A stretch of DNA of 64,000 bases from Gammaproteobacteria bacterium (GCA_002731775.1 PCCP01000082.1:2091-66090), one strand, 5' to 3'; numbered from the stretch's first letter, positions 8,894 through 17,655 are shown. Translations and numbers: made by a program. Notes: a model not told the origin generated them from the sequence alone.

Positions 8894-9340
8894 ATGAAGA
8901 TTGTAGTTGCTGTTCTGGCCCTGGTGTTCATGACCGCCCCAATTGCCCTTGCGCCGCAGGAAATCGACCAGATGACATCGGTGTGGAAAGGTGTATTCAC
9001 CGAGGCACAGGCGAATCGCGGTCAGGCAGTGTATGACGGTGCCTGTGGCTTGTGTCACGGCCGCCGATTGAATGGCGCGCCGGACGATCCTGATATGCGC
9101 TCAACGCCGCCGCTGGCACGGGCGAAGTTCCTGCGCGAATGGGAGGGGAGATCGCTTGCGGTACTGTTCGAGTACACCCGCGCGACGATGCCAGAAAACA
9201 ATCCGGGTTCTCTGACCGACGAAGAGTTCGTCGATGTCATCGCTTACATGCTCTCTGTCAGCGGAATGCCGGCAGCAGATGAAGAACTCCAAGCCGATCC
9301 CCAAAATCTCGCCCGCTCCGTAATCCAACAGCAGCCTTAG
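8894..9340 (+). CDS. small exported c-type cytochrome
   Basis: 148 aa. Signal MKIVVAVLALVFMTAPIALA. Single CXXCH (CGLCH). GGAGG RBS 5 nt upstream. Confidence 0.8.
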   Translation: MKIVVAVLALVFMTAPIALAPQEIDQMTSVWKGVFTEAQANRGQAVYDGACGLCHGRRLNGAPDDPDMRSTPPLARAKFLREWEGRSLAVLFEYTRATMPENNPGSLTDEEFVDVIAYMLSVSGMPAADEELQADPQNLARSVIQQQP

Positions 9341-9361
9341 AGTCATGTAAAGAGAAAGGTT

Positions 9362-9604
9362 GTGACAAAATACTCAGTTCGTTTCACTTGCGATGAATGC
9401 AGCCAGGTTCATTTGATGGGTCATGATATATTTTTGGAAAATGGTCCTGCAAGTAAGGCAAGTATTGGTGACTTTTTTGCTGATATGGAGATCGATGCCC
9501 AGCTTGTGAAAATAATGAGAAACAAGACCTTATGTCCTGGCACTGGCAAATTGACGTCACAACAAGATATTCAGAAGATTTTCTTGACAGCCCTGGAAGA
9601 TTGA
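9362..9604 (+). CDS. hypothetical small protein (possible zinc-ribbon: CDEC ... CPGTG)
   Basis: 80-aa GTG-start ORF inside an AT-rich islet. Coding status is not certain. Confidence 0.35.
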   Translation: MTKYSVRFTCDECSQVHLMGHDIFLENGPASKASIGDFFADMEIDAQLVKIMRNKTLCPGTGKLTSQQDIQKIFLTALED

Positions 9605-9652
9605 GTAGAACAATTTATGAAATTCACCAGGCATTAATCTAATTGTACAAAT

Positions 9653-10291
9653 ATGCATACTAATTGGAATTCGGATGAACTGAATAGAATCGAAGCAACC
9701 ACACTGGAGTACTATGATGCGAATGCCGAATCTTATTGGCAGGGAACAAAAGACCATGATGTAACACAAAATATCGAATCGTTCCTGGCCGCCTGCGTTG
9801 CAGAAAAGTCACTGGATATCCTGGATTTTGGTTGTGGTCCTGGACGGGATATTAAGTATTTTGAATCATTAGGACACTTTCCCACCGGCCTCGATGGTAG
9901 TGAGGAATTTTGTCGGTTTGCTCGACGATATACCAATAGTCCAATCCTTCATCAAACTTTTCTTAACTTAAAATTGCTTAAAGAACAATTCGATGGAATT
10001 TTTTCTAACGCATCACTATTTCATATTCCAAGTCAGGAATTACATCGAGTCCTTATTGAATTACGGGGTACGCTACGGCCCCACGGTATTTTATTTTGTT
10101 CCAATCCTCGCGGAGACGGTGAAGGATGGCAAGGTCAGCGCTACGGTCACTACATGGAATTGAATACAATCCAGTCTTATATGGAAGCAGCTGGTTTCGA
10201 AATAATACATCACTATTACCGTCCCGAAGACAAGCCGCGCTCTGAGCAACCATGGTTAGCGATAGTTTGTAAATCCAAGGGTTCAGATTAG
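9653..10291 (+). CDS. class I SAM-dependent methyltransferase
   Basis: 212 aa. Motif I LDILDFGCGPGRD. AT-rich compared with the flanks. Confidence 0.75.
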   Translation: MHTNWNSDELNRIEATTLEYYDANAESYWQGTKDHDVTQNIESFLAACVAEKSLDILDFGCGPGRDIKYFESLGHFPTGLDGSEEFCRFARRYTNSPILHQTFLNLKLLKEQFDGIFSNASLFHIPSQELHRVLIELRGTLRPHGILFCSNPRGDGEGWQGQRYGHYMELNTIQSYMEAAGFEIIHHYYRPEDKPRSEQPWLAIVCKSKGSD

Positions 10292-10385
10292 ATCGCTTGT
10301 ATCTATGCCAGTTATGCCAGCTATGTAATCAATTTACTCTGAAAACTTTGATCCAGGCAGCCCCTGATTACGCAGATGTAAACCT

Positions 10386-11462
10386 GTGTCAGCCAGTGGA
10401 GCCGAAAACAAGATAATGCTAATGTATCGGCTACAAACAGATGAAGTTTATAGGAGCATTATTGTGGAAACCGTTCCGTCCTCGGCCCTCAGCTGCATTG
10501 CCACCTGTTTTCTCTTCATCATCGCAGCAACAGCTTTCGCGCAATCTGACTACGTGCCCCCGAGAACAGAATATGGACATTCAGACTTACAGGGAGTCTG
10601 GAACTTTGCTTCACATACTCCAGTGCAGCGTGCGCAGCGCTATGGAAATCGCGAGTTCTTGACGGCGAAAGAGGATGAAGAAAATCGTCTTCAGTCTATT
10701 ACTGCGTTTGAGGCAAGAGCCGAATCGCACTTCGATGGCGTCGGCGGCTATAACTCCTTTTGGTATGAACGCGCCAGTATCGGCTATGACCTACGCACGT
10801 CGCTTATAACCTATCCCGCTAATGGACGTATTCCGGCCCTGGCGGAGGGTGCAACTATGCAAAGCGGTGGTCTTAGTGCAGATATTCCCGGCGAGCGACC
10901 GGTACGCTTTGTGGTTGGCGGGATCTCCAAAGATGGGCCAGAAGACCGCGGCCTGTCAGAGCGTTGTATCGTCGGTTTCAATGCAGGCCCTCCGTTTATG
11001 CCCAGCAGCTATAATAATAATGTGCAGATCATTCAGCATCGGGATCACGTAGTGATAGTGACCGAGATGATACATGATGCTCGCATAGTGCCTTTAAACG
11101 CTGGCCCAAAACTCCATGACGACATCCGACTTTGGTCTGGGGATTCCAGAGGTCATTGGGATGGAGACACCCTCGTTGTGGAAACCCGAAATTTTAATGG
11201 CTTGACCCAAAGCTTTACCACTTCTCCCAACGGCGATTCTTACGATAAATTACTCACCGAGCGATTTACGCGAGTCGACATTGAGACCGTTGAGTATGAA
11301 TTTACTATCGATGATCCAAGCACCTTTAGCGACAAAATTACGGTCATGGTGCCGATGACCAAAGTCGATGGCTTGCTGTATGAATATGCCTGTCACGAAG
11401 GAAATTATGGCATGACGAATATGCTGCGTGGGGCCAGACTTCAGGAATCGATGGGAAAATAG
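10386..11462 (+). CDS. secreted protein of the YEYACHEGNY family (copy 1)
   Basis: Hydrophobic leader ...CIATCFLFIIAATAFA. Blocks DLQGVWNF, NSFWYER, RTSLITYPANGRIPA, SERCIVGF, MIHDARIVP, WSGDSRGHWDGDTLVVET, ERFTR, YEYACHEGNYGM. True start is uncertain (GTG 10386 or downstream). Confidence 0.8.
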   Translation: MSASGAENKIMLMYRLQTDEVYRSIIVETVPSSALSCIATCFLFIIAATAFAQSDYVPPRTEYGHSDLQGVWNFASHTPVQRAQRYGNREFLTAKEDEENRLQSITAFEARAESHFDGVGGYNSFWYERASIGYDLRTSLITYPANGRIPALAEGATMQSGGLSADIPGERPVRFVVGGISKDGPEDRGLSERCIVGFNAGPPFMPSSYNNNVQIIQHRDHVVIVTEMIHDARIVPLNAGPKLHDDIRLWSGDSRGHWDGDTLVVETRNFNGLTQSFTTSPNGDSYDKLLTERFTRVDIETVEYEFTIDDPSTFSDKITVMVPMTKVDGLLYEYACHEGNYGMTNMLRGARLQESMGK

Positions 11463-11470
11463 GAAACAGA

Positions 11471-11550
11471 AAATAGAGGACAGACCACGTTTTCAGGATC
11501 TTAGCCAGGCTACTACTGCACTAACAGAAAAACGTGGACTGTCCCCTGTT
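11471..11550. repeat. R2-type palindromic element
   Basis: AAATAGAGGACAGACCACGTTTTC ... GAAAAACGTGGACTGTCCCCTGTT. Confidence 0.85.
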
Positions 11551-11627
11551 CTCGTGTGATCGTATAATGATAGTCCGGTACTAAAATTACTTTGATTGCA
11601 TCTATCCCAACCCTCAGGAGACACCCA

Positions 11628-12656
11628 ATGACATTCCCGCTAAAGCATACCGCCCGCGTCGGATCCTTGCTGATCTGCACCACTCTGGCCTGCTCTGGCG
11701 CACTGGCGCAGACCACCGAACGACCCGACCTCGAGGGCATCTGGACCAACGCGTCGCTAACCAGCCTCAATCGCCGAAGCGGAGTTGAACCTCTTGTTGT
11801 GTCCCCTGAGGAAGCCCAGATACTCGCCGCCAGTGTCCCGATCGCCGGCCTTGAGGGTGGCCTGGACGAAGGCGATGGTGTCAACGACACGCCTGCATTG
11901 GCGGGAGATGACTTCGGCACCCGGGCCTACAACAATTTCTGGGTCGATCCCGGCTCCAACCTGGCCCTGGTCAAGGGCGAGTACCGTACCTCTTACATAG
12001 TCAATCCGGAGAACGGGCGAGTCCCTCGCCTGGACGATCCGCAATACGATTTCGAACGACGTAATTTCGGCGCACGCTATGCCACCGGCTTCGGCGATGC
12101 ACGGGGCCCGGAAGCCATTCCCAATGCGGAACGCTGTCTGTTGGGGTTTGGCAACAAGGCCGGGCCGGGAATGATGGGTGCGCTGTACAACAATACCTAT
12201 CAATTCGTGCAGACCGAGAATTACGTCATGATCCTGGTGGAGATGGTCCACGATGCCCGCATCATTCCCATCTTTGATTCACCCGAGAAGGCCCGGGCCC
12301 AACGACGGCCGGTCGCGCTCGAGCAGTGGTTTGGCGATTCTGTCGGCTGGTATGAAAACGATCAGCTGGTTGTGGAAACCGTCAACATCAATCCTCTGCA
12401 GTTGAGTCAAAGCTCCATACCCATCACCAAGGCGGGCCACATCATCGAACGCTTCAGCCGCGCCTCCGATAATGAAATCTTCTATCAATTCATGGTTGAA
12501 GACAGCAACATCTATAGTCAGCCCTGGACCGCAGAGCTGAGCTTTTACGCCACTAAAGACGGACTTTACGAATACGCCTGCCATGAAGGCAATTATGCGA
12601 TGCCGGGCATACTGGCGGGCGCACGCAGGCTGGAAATGGAGGCGGCGTCAAAATAG
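11628..12656 (+). CDS. secreted protein of the YEYACHEGNY family (copy 2)
   Basis: Start moved to ATG 11628 (CAGGAG RBS; MTFPLKHTARVGSLLICTTLACSGALA). Blocks PDLEGIWTN, NNFWVDPG, RTSYIVNPENGRVP, AERCLLGF, MVHDARIIP, FGDSVGWYENDQLVVET, YEYACHEGNYAM. Confidence 0.85.
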   Translation: MTFPLKHTARVGSLLICTTLACSGALAQTTERPDLEGIWTNASLTSLNRRSGVEPLVVSPEEAQILAASVPIAGLEGGLDEGDGVNDTPALAGDDFGTRAYNNFWVDPGSNLALVKGEYRTSYIVNPENGRVPRLDDPQYDFERRNFGARYATGFGDARGPEAIPNAERCLLGFGNKAGPGMMGALYNNTYQFVQTENYVMILVEMVHDARIIPIFDSPEKARAQRRPVALEQWFGDSVGWYENDQLVVETVNINPLQLSQSSIPITKAGHIIERFSRASDNEIFYQFMVEDSNIYSQPWTAELSFYATKDGLYEYACHEGNYAMPGILAGARRLEMEAASK

Positions 12657-12662
12657 CAAATT

Positions 12663-12752
12663 GGGGTCAGCGAACATGGGGTCAGGTCTTTCTTGTTGGC
12701 AATAATAGAACCGGTAATTTGATTCTTGTGCTAACGGGAAAGACCTGACCCC
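12663..12752. repeat. R3-type palindromic element preceded by an extra GGGGTCAG half-site
   Basis: GGGGTCAGCGAACATGGGGTCAGGTCTTTC ... GCTAACGGGAAAGACCTGACCCC, between convergent genes. Confidence 0.8.
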
Positions 12753-12760
12753 GAGGACGA

Positions 12761-13438
12761 TCAGTCAGTTGCAAAGCAGTACAACAGGCCGGCTCCTCCA
12801 ACAGCAACGAGGTTCTCCTGTGTGCAACCGGGCGTGCCGTGGGAGGAATTCCAGGGAGAGCCTGGATTCATAAAGGAGTAGCGGTCGGCGTGGCCTACCC
12901 TTGCGCTACCTTCGCTATTGCTGGTCCAGTTGCTGCAGGTCTGGTCTTGGCCCGCCGGCATCGCGGTGCCATCAATTTGTGAGCCGGTTAGAATATCGTG
13001 CTCAGAAAAGTCGGGATCTCCGTCTATGCGTGAGGCGAATTGATTTCCGTTCTCGTCCAGCGAGTGTGTCCAATTCAAATTAGAATTGTCGTAGTGCAGG
13101 CTTTCAACGCTGGTCGCCATGATTATGCCTTCTGCGTTGGCCCAGGGGCCCGATCCTATGCGGTCACGTGCATTCACCGCTTCCGCCCCCTGCGTACTCA
13201 AATAGGCGTGCCAGTGGCGGTCGCCGGCACCTGCCGCAGCGGCCAGGGACTGGCAATGTGCGTCCGCGCCTTCCAAACCGTCCAAGTTACCGCCATCGCC
13301 CTTGGTAGTGCTGGTGACAAAGAAGCCCATCTCGGGCGGCTCGTCGTCATCTTGTTGCGCGATAACCGAAAGACTGGGCAGTGCCAACACAGCCGTCGTG
13401 ACTGCAACTGCTATCAGGGCTCGTTTTTTATTCATCAT
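12761..13438 (-). CDS. secreted DUF1554/endostatin-like (C-type-lectin-fold-like) protein
   Basis: 225 aa with signal peptide. FFVTSTTKGDGGNLDGLEGADAHCQSLAAAAGAGDRHWHAYLS ... CSNWTS ... LLYCFA follows the FVT..GNLGG..GAD..C pattern I recall for DUF1554 and collagen XVIII endostatin. Confidence 0.55.
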   Translation of the reverse strand: MMNKKRALIAVAVTTAVLALPSLSVIAQQDDDEPPEMGFFVTSTTKGDGGNLDGLEGADAHCQSLAAAAGAGDRHWHAYLSTQGAEAVNARDRIGSGPWANAEGIIMATSVESLHYDNSNLNWTHSLDENGNQFASRIDGDPDFSEHDILTGSQIDGTAMPAGQDQTCSNWTSNSEGSARVGHADRYSFMNPGSPWNSSHGTPGCTQENLVAVGGAGLLYCFATD

Positions 13439-13453
13439 TGTATTCCTCCAGAG

Positions 13454-13535
13454 AAAGTGGGACAGACTACGGTATTCAATTTCTAAAATATGCGTGTTGC
13501 TGCACTAATAGAAAAACCTGGTCCGTCCCCGATTT
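13454..13535. repeat. R2-type palindromic element (diverged)
   Basis: AAAGTGGGACAGACTACGG ... TGCACTAATAGAAAAACCTGGTCCGTCCCCGATTT. Confidence 0.75.
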
Positions 13536-13548
13536 ATTCCAAACTATT

Positions 13549-14565
13549 CTATTCACGGTGTTCTTTTTCCTGCACGCGCGCCCCCCGCAGCGTCGCTGAC
13601 ATGGCATAGTTGCCTTCATGGCAGGCGTATTCATAGGGGATCTGATCTGACTTTGGCCAGACCATCTCGCCGCTATAGGAGTCGGTGTAGTCGGCATCTT
13701 CCATAGTAAAGCTGTATAGCAGACCGCCGTCACTGATTGGACTGAAGCGTTCTATTACACGGCGATCGGCAGCTTGATGGGGCTGATCCAGGAAATTAAC
13801 TGTCTCTACCACAAGGGTGTCACCTTCCCACCAGCCGATAGAATCCCCATCGAATGTGGCGAGGGCAGCTGCGCTGTGTTCGGTATCGTTAATGCGGATG
13901 ATCCGAGACCAGTGCATCCATTCGATGTATAACATCATGTAGTCGTCAGTCTGCACGATTGTTTTCAGGTTGTTATAGACCCGCGGCGTGATGGGAATCG
14001 TCGCCGACTGGTGGTAGATGCAACGCACCGCCAGGGTTTGATTTTCGGGACCATCGTAGGGTTGATCACCCGTCTCCAGCCACCAGGCACCGTCCCTTAC
14101 CGGCCACTCGAATTTCGGCGCCGCGTCGGCCTTGGCCTGGCCTGCAGGCGTACGCGGTGGCATGCGCCCGTTTTCAGGGTAGGTCAGGATGGAGGTGCGA
14201 TACTGACCGTCAATGGCGAATCCATCATTGCCCCGGTCGAACCAGAAATCGTTGTAAGCACCGATATTGCCGCCTTGTTCCGGTGCACTGCGATCAGGAT
14301 TGTCCTGTCCGGAGTCGCGAGCGCGGGTATTCATTTCACGATCTCTCAGCGCCTGGACTTCTTCGGCGTCCAGATACAGCCGTTCGCTGAATTCACTGGG
14401 GCGCTGGAACGGGGTCAGGGTGGAAATATCGTAATGTCCATTGAAGTCCGGTTTGCCCGATGCGGTGCGCGGAAAATCATCCTGGGCAGTTGCCAGGGAC
14501 GGTGCCAGGGCTCCCAGCAGGAAAAAGGGTAGCGCGGCAATGATTGCAACTAGGTATTTTTTCAT
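13549..14565 (-). CDS. secreted protein of the YEYACHEGNY family (copy 3, divergent)
   Basis: Start moved to ATG 14565 (MKKYLVAIIAALPFFLLGALAPSLATA). Blocks PDFNGHY, NDFWFDRG, RTSILTYPENGRMP, VRCIY, WMHWSRIIRI, DGDSIGWWEGDTLVVET, YEYACHEGNYAM. The ORF-track extension to 14613 is repeat-encoded. Confidence 0.85.
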   Translation of the reverse strand: MKKYLVAIIAALPFFLLGALAPSLATAQDDFPRTASGKPDFNGHYDISTLTPFQRPSEFSERLYLDAEEVQALRDREMNTRARDSGQDNPDRSAPEQGGNIGAYNDFWFDRGNDGFAIDGQYRTSILTYPENGRMPPRTPAGQAKADAAPKFEWPVRDGAWWLETGDQPYDGPENQTLAVRCIYHQSATIPITPRVYNNLKTIVQTDDYMMLYIEWMHWSRIIRINDTEHSAAALATFDGDSIGWWEGDTLVVETVNFLDQPHQAADRRVIERFSPISDGGLLYSFTMEDADYTDSYSGEMVWPKSDQIPYEYACHEGNYAMSATLRGARVQEKEHRE

Positions 14566-14575
14566 GGTTGCCTCC

Positions 14576-14650
14576 AAAAAAGGGACAGAATTATTTACCA
14601 GCGCGACTCTCATCCAATGATGGATCCAAAAATAGATCTGTCCCTATCTA
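14576..14650. repeat. R1-type palindromic element
   Basis: AAAAAAGGGACAGAATTATTTAC ... AAAAATAGATCTGTCCCTATCTA. Overlaps the stop of 14648..15667. Confidence 0.8.
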
Positions 14651-15667
14651 TTCTCCGCGACGCTCCTTCATGCGTTCGCCGCGCAGGATATTGAGCATGC
14701 CATAGTTGCCTTCATGACAGGCATATTCATATAGCGTGCCTGCCACCTTGGTCATTGGCATGGTGGCAATAATCTTGTCCGTAAATGTGGAAGGGTCTTC
14801 CAGCGTCCACTCGTATTCAATGGTGTATTGGTTTACCCGAGTAAATCGTTCGGTGAGGTTCTTGTCCATTGCGTTTCCATAGCGGCTGAAGCTGGGAGTC
14901 AGTTGGGAAAAGTTTTTGGTTACCACCACCAGAGTATCGTCATCCCAGAAGCCTCTGGAATCACCGGACCATAGGCGAATATCGTCGTCAATAGCGCCAC
15001 GGTCATGCAGTGGTACAATACGGGCGTCATGGACCATTTCTGTCATGATGACGGCATGATCCTGGTTCTGGAAAATCTGAACATTGGCGTTGTAGCCACC
15101 CCCGGTAAATGGAGGACCGGAGTTAAAGCCGATCAGGCAGCGTTCGGATAGACCGCGATCTTCCGGCCCGTCCTTGCTAATGCCGCCGAACACTGCGAGT
15201 ACCGGCCGCTCACCTGGAACATCTGGCCCCAGATTGGCGGTATGCTCGGCAGCGCCTTCAACCCTGGCAGGCAGACGACCGTCTAGCGGGTAGATAATAA
15301 GCGAAGTGCGAACGTTGTCACCAATACTGGCCCTTTCATACCAGAAATTGTTATAGCCACCCGTACTAGCACCTACTTCCGGGGCTACCGGGTTAAGCAC
15401 GAGTTCGGCTTCTGCCGCATCCGCCGCAATACGGTTTTCCGCTAGACGCAGGCGATCTGCTTCAACTTCTTCCTGAGTCAGAAACTCCTGCGTTCCGAAG
15501 CGTTCGGGCCGCTGCATCGGTGTACTGGAATTAAAATTCCATACCCCCTGCAAGTCAGGTTGGCCCCACTGTGTGCGTGGCACAACATAATCGTCGGCTG
15601 TCTGAGCAAAAATCAAGCTAACAGGGGCTATCAGGGTAGAAACAAGCAGTAATAATTTAATTTTCAT
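14648..15667 (-). CDS. secreted protein of the YEYACHEGNY family (copy 4; close paralog of copy 1)
   Basis: Signal MKIKLLLLVSTLIAPVSLIFA. Blocks PDLQGVWNF, NNFWYER, RTSLIIYPLDGRLPA, SERCLIGF, MVHDARIVP, WSGDSRGFWDDDTLVVVT, YEYACHEGNYGM. Confidence 0.9.
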   Translation of the reverse strand: MKIKLLLLVSTLIAPVSLIFAQTADDYVVPRTQWGQPDLQGVWNFNSSTPMQRPERFGTQEFLTQEEVEADRLRLAENRIAADAAEAELVLNPVAPEVGASTGGYNNFWYERASIGDNVRTSLIIYPLDGRLPARVEGAAEHTANLGPDVPGERPVLAVFGGISKDGPEDRGLSERCLIGFNSGPPFTGGGYNANVQIFQNQDHAVIMTEMVHDARIVPLHDRGAIDDDIRLWSGDSRGFWDDDTLVVVTKNFSQLTPSFSRYGNAMDKNLTERFTRVNQYTIEYEWTLEDPSTFTDKIIATMPMTKVAGTLYEYACHEGNYGMLNILRGERMKERRGE

Positions 15668-15814
15668 GGCACTTCACCGTAGATTGTCCAAACCTGAGGC
15701 TAAGCTAGTATTTTTAACGAGAGTAATCAACATAATATTGGTGATCAAATGTGTCACCCATTGATTTCCAAATCCAGGCCTGATAATAAGAAACTCCATT
15801 GAGGAGCTATTGAT

Positions 15815-16369
15815 ATGACGAATGCGGCACTTACTTCCAAAAACACCAACTTGAAATTGTGGATTGGCGGCGGGTCGCTGGCACTGTTACTCCTGCTGGG
15901 TGTCGGATTTCTGGTTTTCTCCAGTATCTGCCCTTGCGCCACGTCCCCCGGCGGATTCTTGTATGGAGAGCAGGTGGATGCTCCGGTGACCGATTGGAAT
16001 TTGACCACCGCAAACCAGGAGAATCTCTGTCAACTACAGATTTGGGCAGGGATTCGCCCCCATTCAATTAATCTCAATTGCATGGCTACCCCGGAAGGCG
16101 ATCTGTTCCTCAGTTGCTCAGTCTGTGACAGAAAATACTGGGCAGCCAGAGTCGGGCCGGACGAATCGGCCGTGCTGAGGCTCGGTGAATTGGTTTATCC
16201 CGTGACCCTGAACCGGGAAACGGATCCCGCAGCCATGGACCGGTCGTTCAGGGCAAGAGTGTTGAAGTTGCAACATACTGATCTGGAAACCATGGTGACG
16301 CCCAGACCGCCGCTGGATCAGGTGCGATTCGACCATTGGTGGACTTTCCGGGTTACTTCTCGCAGCTGA
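15815..16369 (+). CDS. hypothetical membrane-anchored Cys-rich protein
   Basis: 184 aa. One N-terminal TM (WIGGGSLALLLLLGVGFLVFSSI). Cys pairs CPC, CSVC. No family recognised. Confidence 0.5.
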   Translation: MTNAALTSKNTNLKLWIGGGSLALLLLLGVGFLVFSSICPCATSPGGFLYGEQVDAPVTDWNLTTANQENLCQLQIWAGIRPHSINLNCMATPEGDLFLSCSVCDRKYWAARVGPDESAVLRLGELVYPVTLNRETDPAAMDRSFRARVLKLQHTDLETMVTPRPPLDQVRFDHWWTFRVTSRS

Positions 16370-16526
16370 TCAAAGGAGACACCGATAGGAGAATAACTTA
16401 AGCGAGATTCTGTTATTCCAAGTGTGATGTGAGTTTATATCGTAGAGAGTTAACTCATTGACTTATCAGTGTCCCCTTAGTGTTCTCCCTACAATTCTGA
16501 CCACATTTACCTTCGGTTCTCTCTAC

Positions 16527-17516
16527 CTACGGTTCTATACCAAGACTTTCCAGGCGTCGAGCGCCAGCCAATATTCCTACCATCCCATAATTTCCTTCAT
16601 GGCAGGCATATTCGTAAATGCGTTCGTTAATCCTTGAAAGTGCGTATTCTCCTGAAAATTGGGCGGTGAAAACCGAAGGGTCGTCCACGGTGAAGCCGTA
16701 TATCATTTTGTTATGGGAATCTCTTCTAAAGGATTCTATGAGAGTGAGATTCTCAGCCGGTGCTCCCCGCATCGATTGCCAGTTGTTGAAGTACCTGGTT
16801 TCGACAACCAGGGTATCGCCTTCCCAGCGTGCTATCGAATCGCCCATCCATTTTCTCTGCGCTTTCGCGGCCGGGTTGTGCTGGTCCGCTATTTTGATAA
16901 TGCGGGTGTCGTGTGACATTTCGGTAGTGATGCTGATGTATCCCGGCGACTGTGAAAACTGCAGGTGGCTATTGTAGATGCTAGGCCGCATAACCGGACT
17001 TGAGAAATTGCCGTTCAACAGACAACGCTCACCCAGACCGCGACCCTCTGGACCATCACTGCGACCGGGCCGCCTGGCCCGTCGCTCACTCATGCGCTCG
17101 CTAAATCCGGCCACACGTTCAGGCATGCGCCCATTTGCCGGGTCTGTAATTGCCGAGGTACGGAATTCGCTGTCAATAGTGGGAATAAACTTCGCATCCT
17201 CGCGCCAGAACAGGTCGTAATTGCCGAGTGGCGGTAAGGATTCAGCAACGTCCGGGGCCGAACGGTCAGGATTCAGCGGCTCATTGGCGGCATCGAAGGT
17301 TTGTTGAACTGCAACTTCGAGTTTGAGAGATTCTGCCTCGGTATACGCACGCTTCTCACCCAGTTCGCGGGGCCTTTCGAAGGGCATAATGGTGGCGTGT
17401 TTCCATACTCCCTGGAAGTCTGGCACACCCCACTCCGTCATCGGACCCACATAGTCCCGTGCCGTAGCAGTACCGGCAATTGTACTAATTATCAGTAAGG
17501 GCCAAAGAATTCTCAT
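16527..17516 (-). CDS. secreted protein of the YEYACHEGNY family (copy 5)
   Basis: Start moved to ATG 17516 (MRILWPLLIISTIAGTATA). Blocks PDFQGVWKH, YDLFWRED, RTSAITDPANGRMP, GERCLL, MSHDTRIIKI, MGDSIARWEGDTLVVET, YEYACHEGNYGM. Confidence 0.85.
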   Translation of the reverse strand: MRILWPLLIISTIAGTATARDYVGPMTEWGVPDFQGVWKHATIMPFERPRELGEKRAYTEAESLKLEVAVQQTFDAANEPLNPDRSAPDVAESLPPLGNYDLFWREDAKFIPTIDSEFRTSAITDPANGRMPERVAGFSERMSERRARRPGRSDGPEGRGLGERCLLNGNFSSPVMRPSIYNSHLQFSQSPGYISITTEMSHDTRIIKIADQHNPAAKAQRKWMGDSIARWEGDTLVVETRYFNNWQSMRGAPAENLTLIESFRRDSHNKMIYGFTVDDPSVFTAQFSGEYALSRINERIYEYACHEGNYGMVGILAGARRLESLGIEP

Positions 17517-17605
17517 CTTGATCCTCCTTATAGAGTCGTCAATGGAGTATAAAGGGCGCCCACAACTTAACAACTTATAGTGCCGAGTGGACACAGCAGT
17601 TCCTG

Positions 17606-17636
17606 AAACTACAGTATTTGTACTCTGACCCATTTA
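17606..17636. repeat. R4-type half-site
   Basis: AAACTACAGTATTTGTACTCTGACCCATTTAT, 19 nt upstream of ATG 17656. Confidence 0.75.
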
Positions 17637-17655
17637 TCCCTTGAGGCGTGCAATC

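Noticed and set aside
8408-9058. 216-aa minus-strand ORF spanning the 8126-8776 / 8894-9340 junction.
   Set aside because: It runs through the R4 repeat and overlaps two better-supported plus-strand genes. No recognisable motifs.
14566-14613. N-terminal extensions of ORFs 13549..14613 and 16527..17633 (17517-17633) given in the ORF track.
   Set aside because: The extensions are encoded by stop-free repeat elements. Internal ATGs at 14565 and 17516 give canonical signal peptides matching the paralogs.
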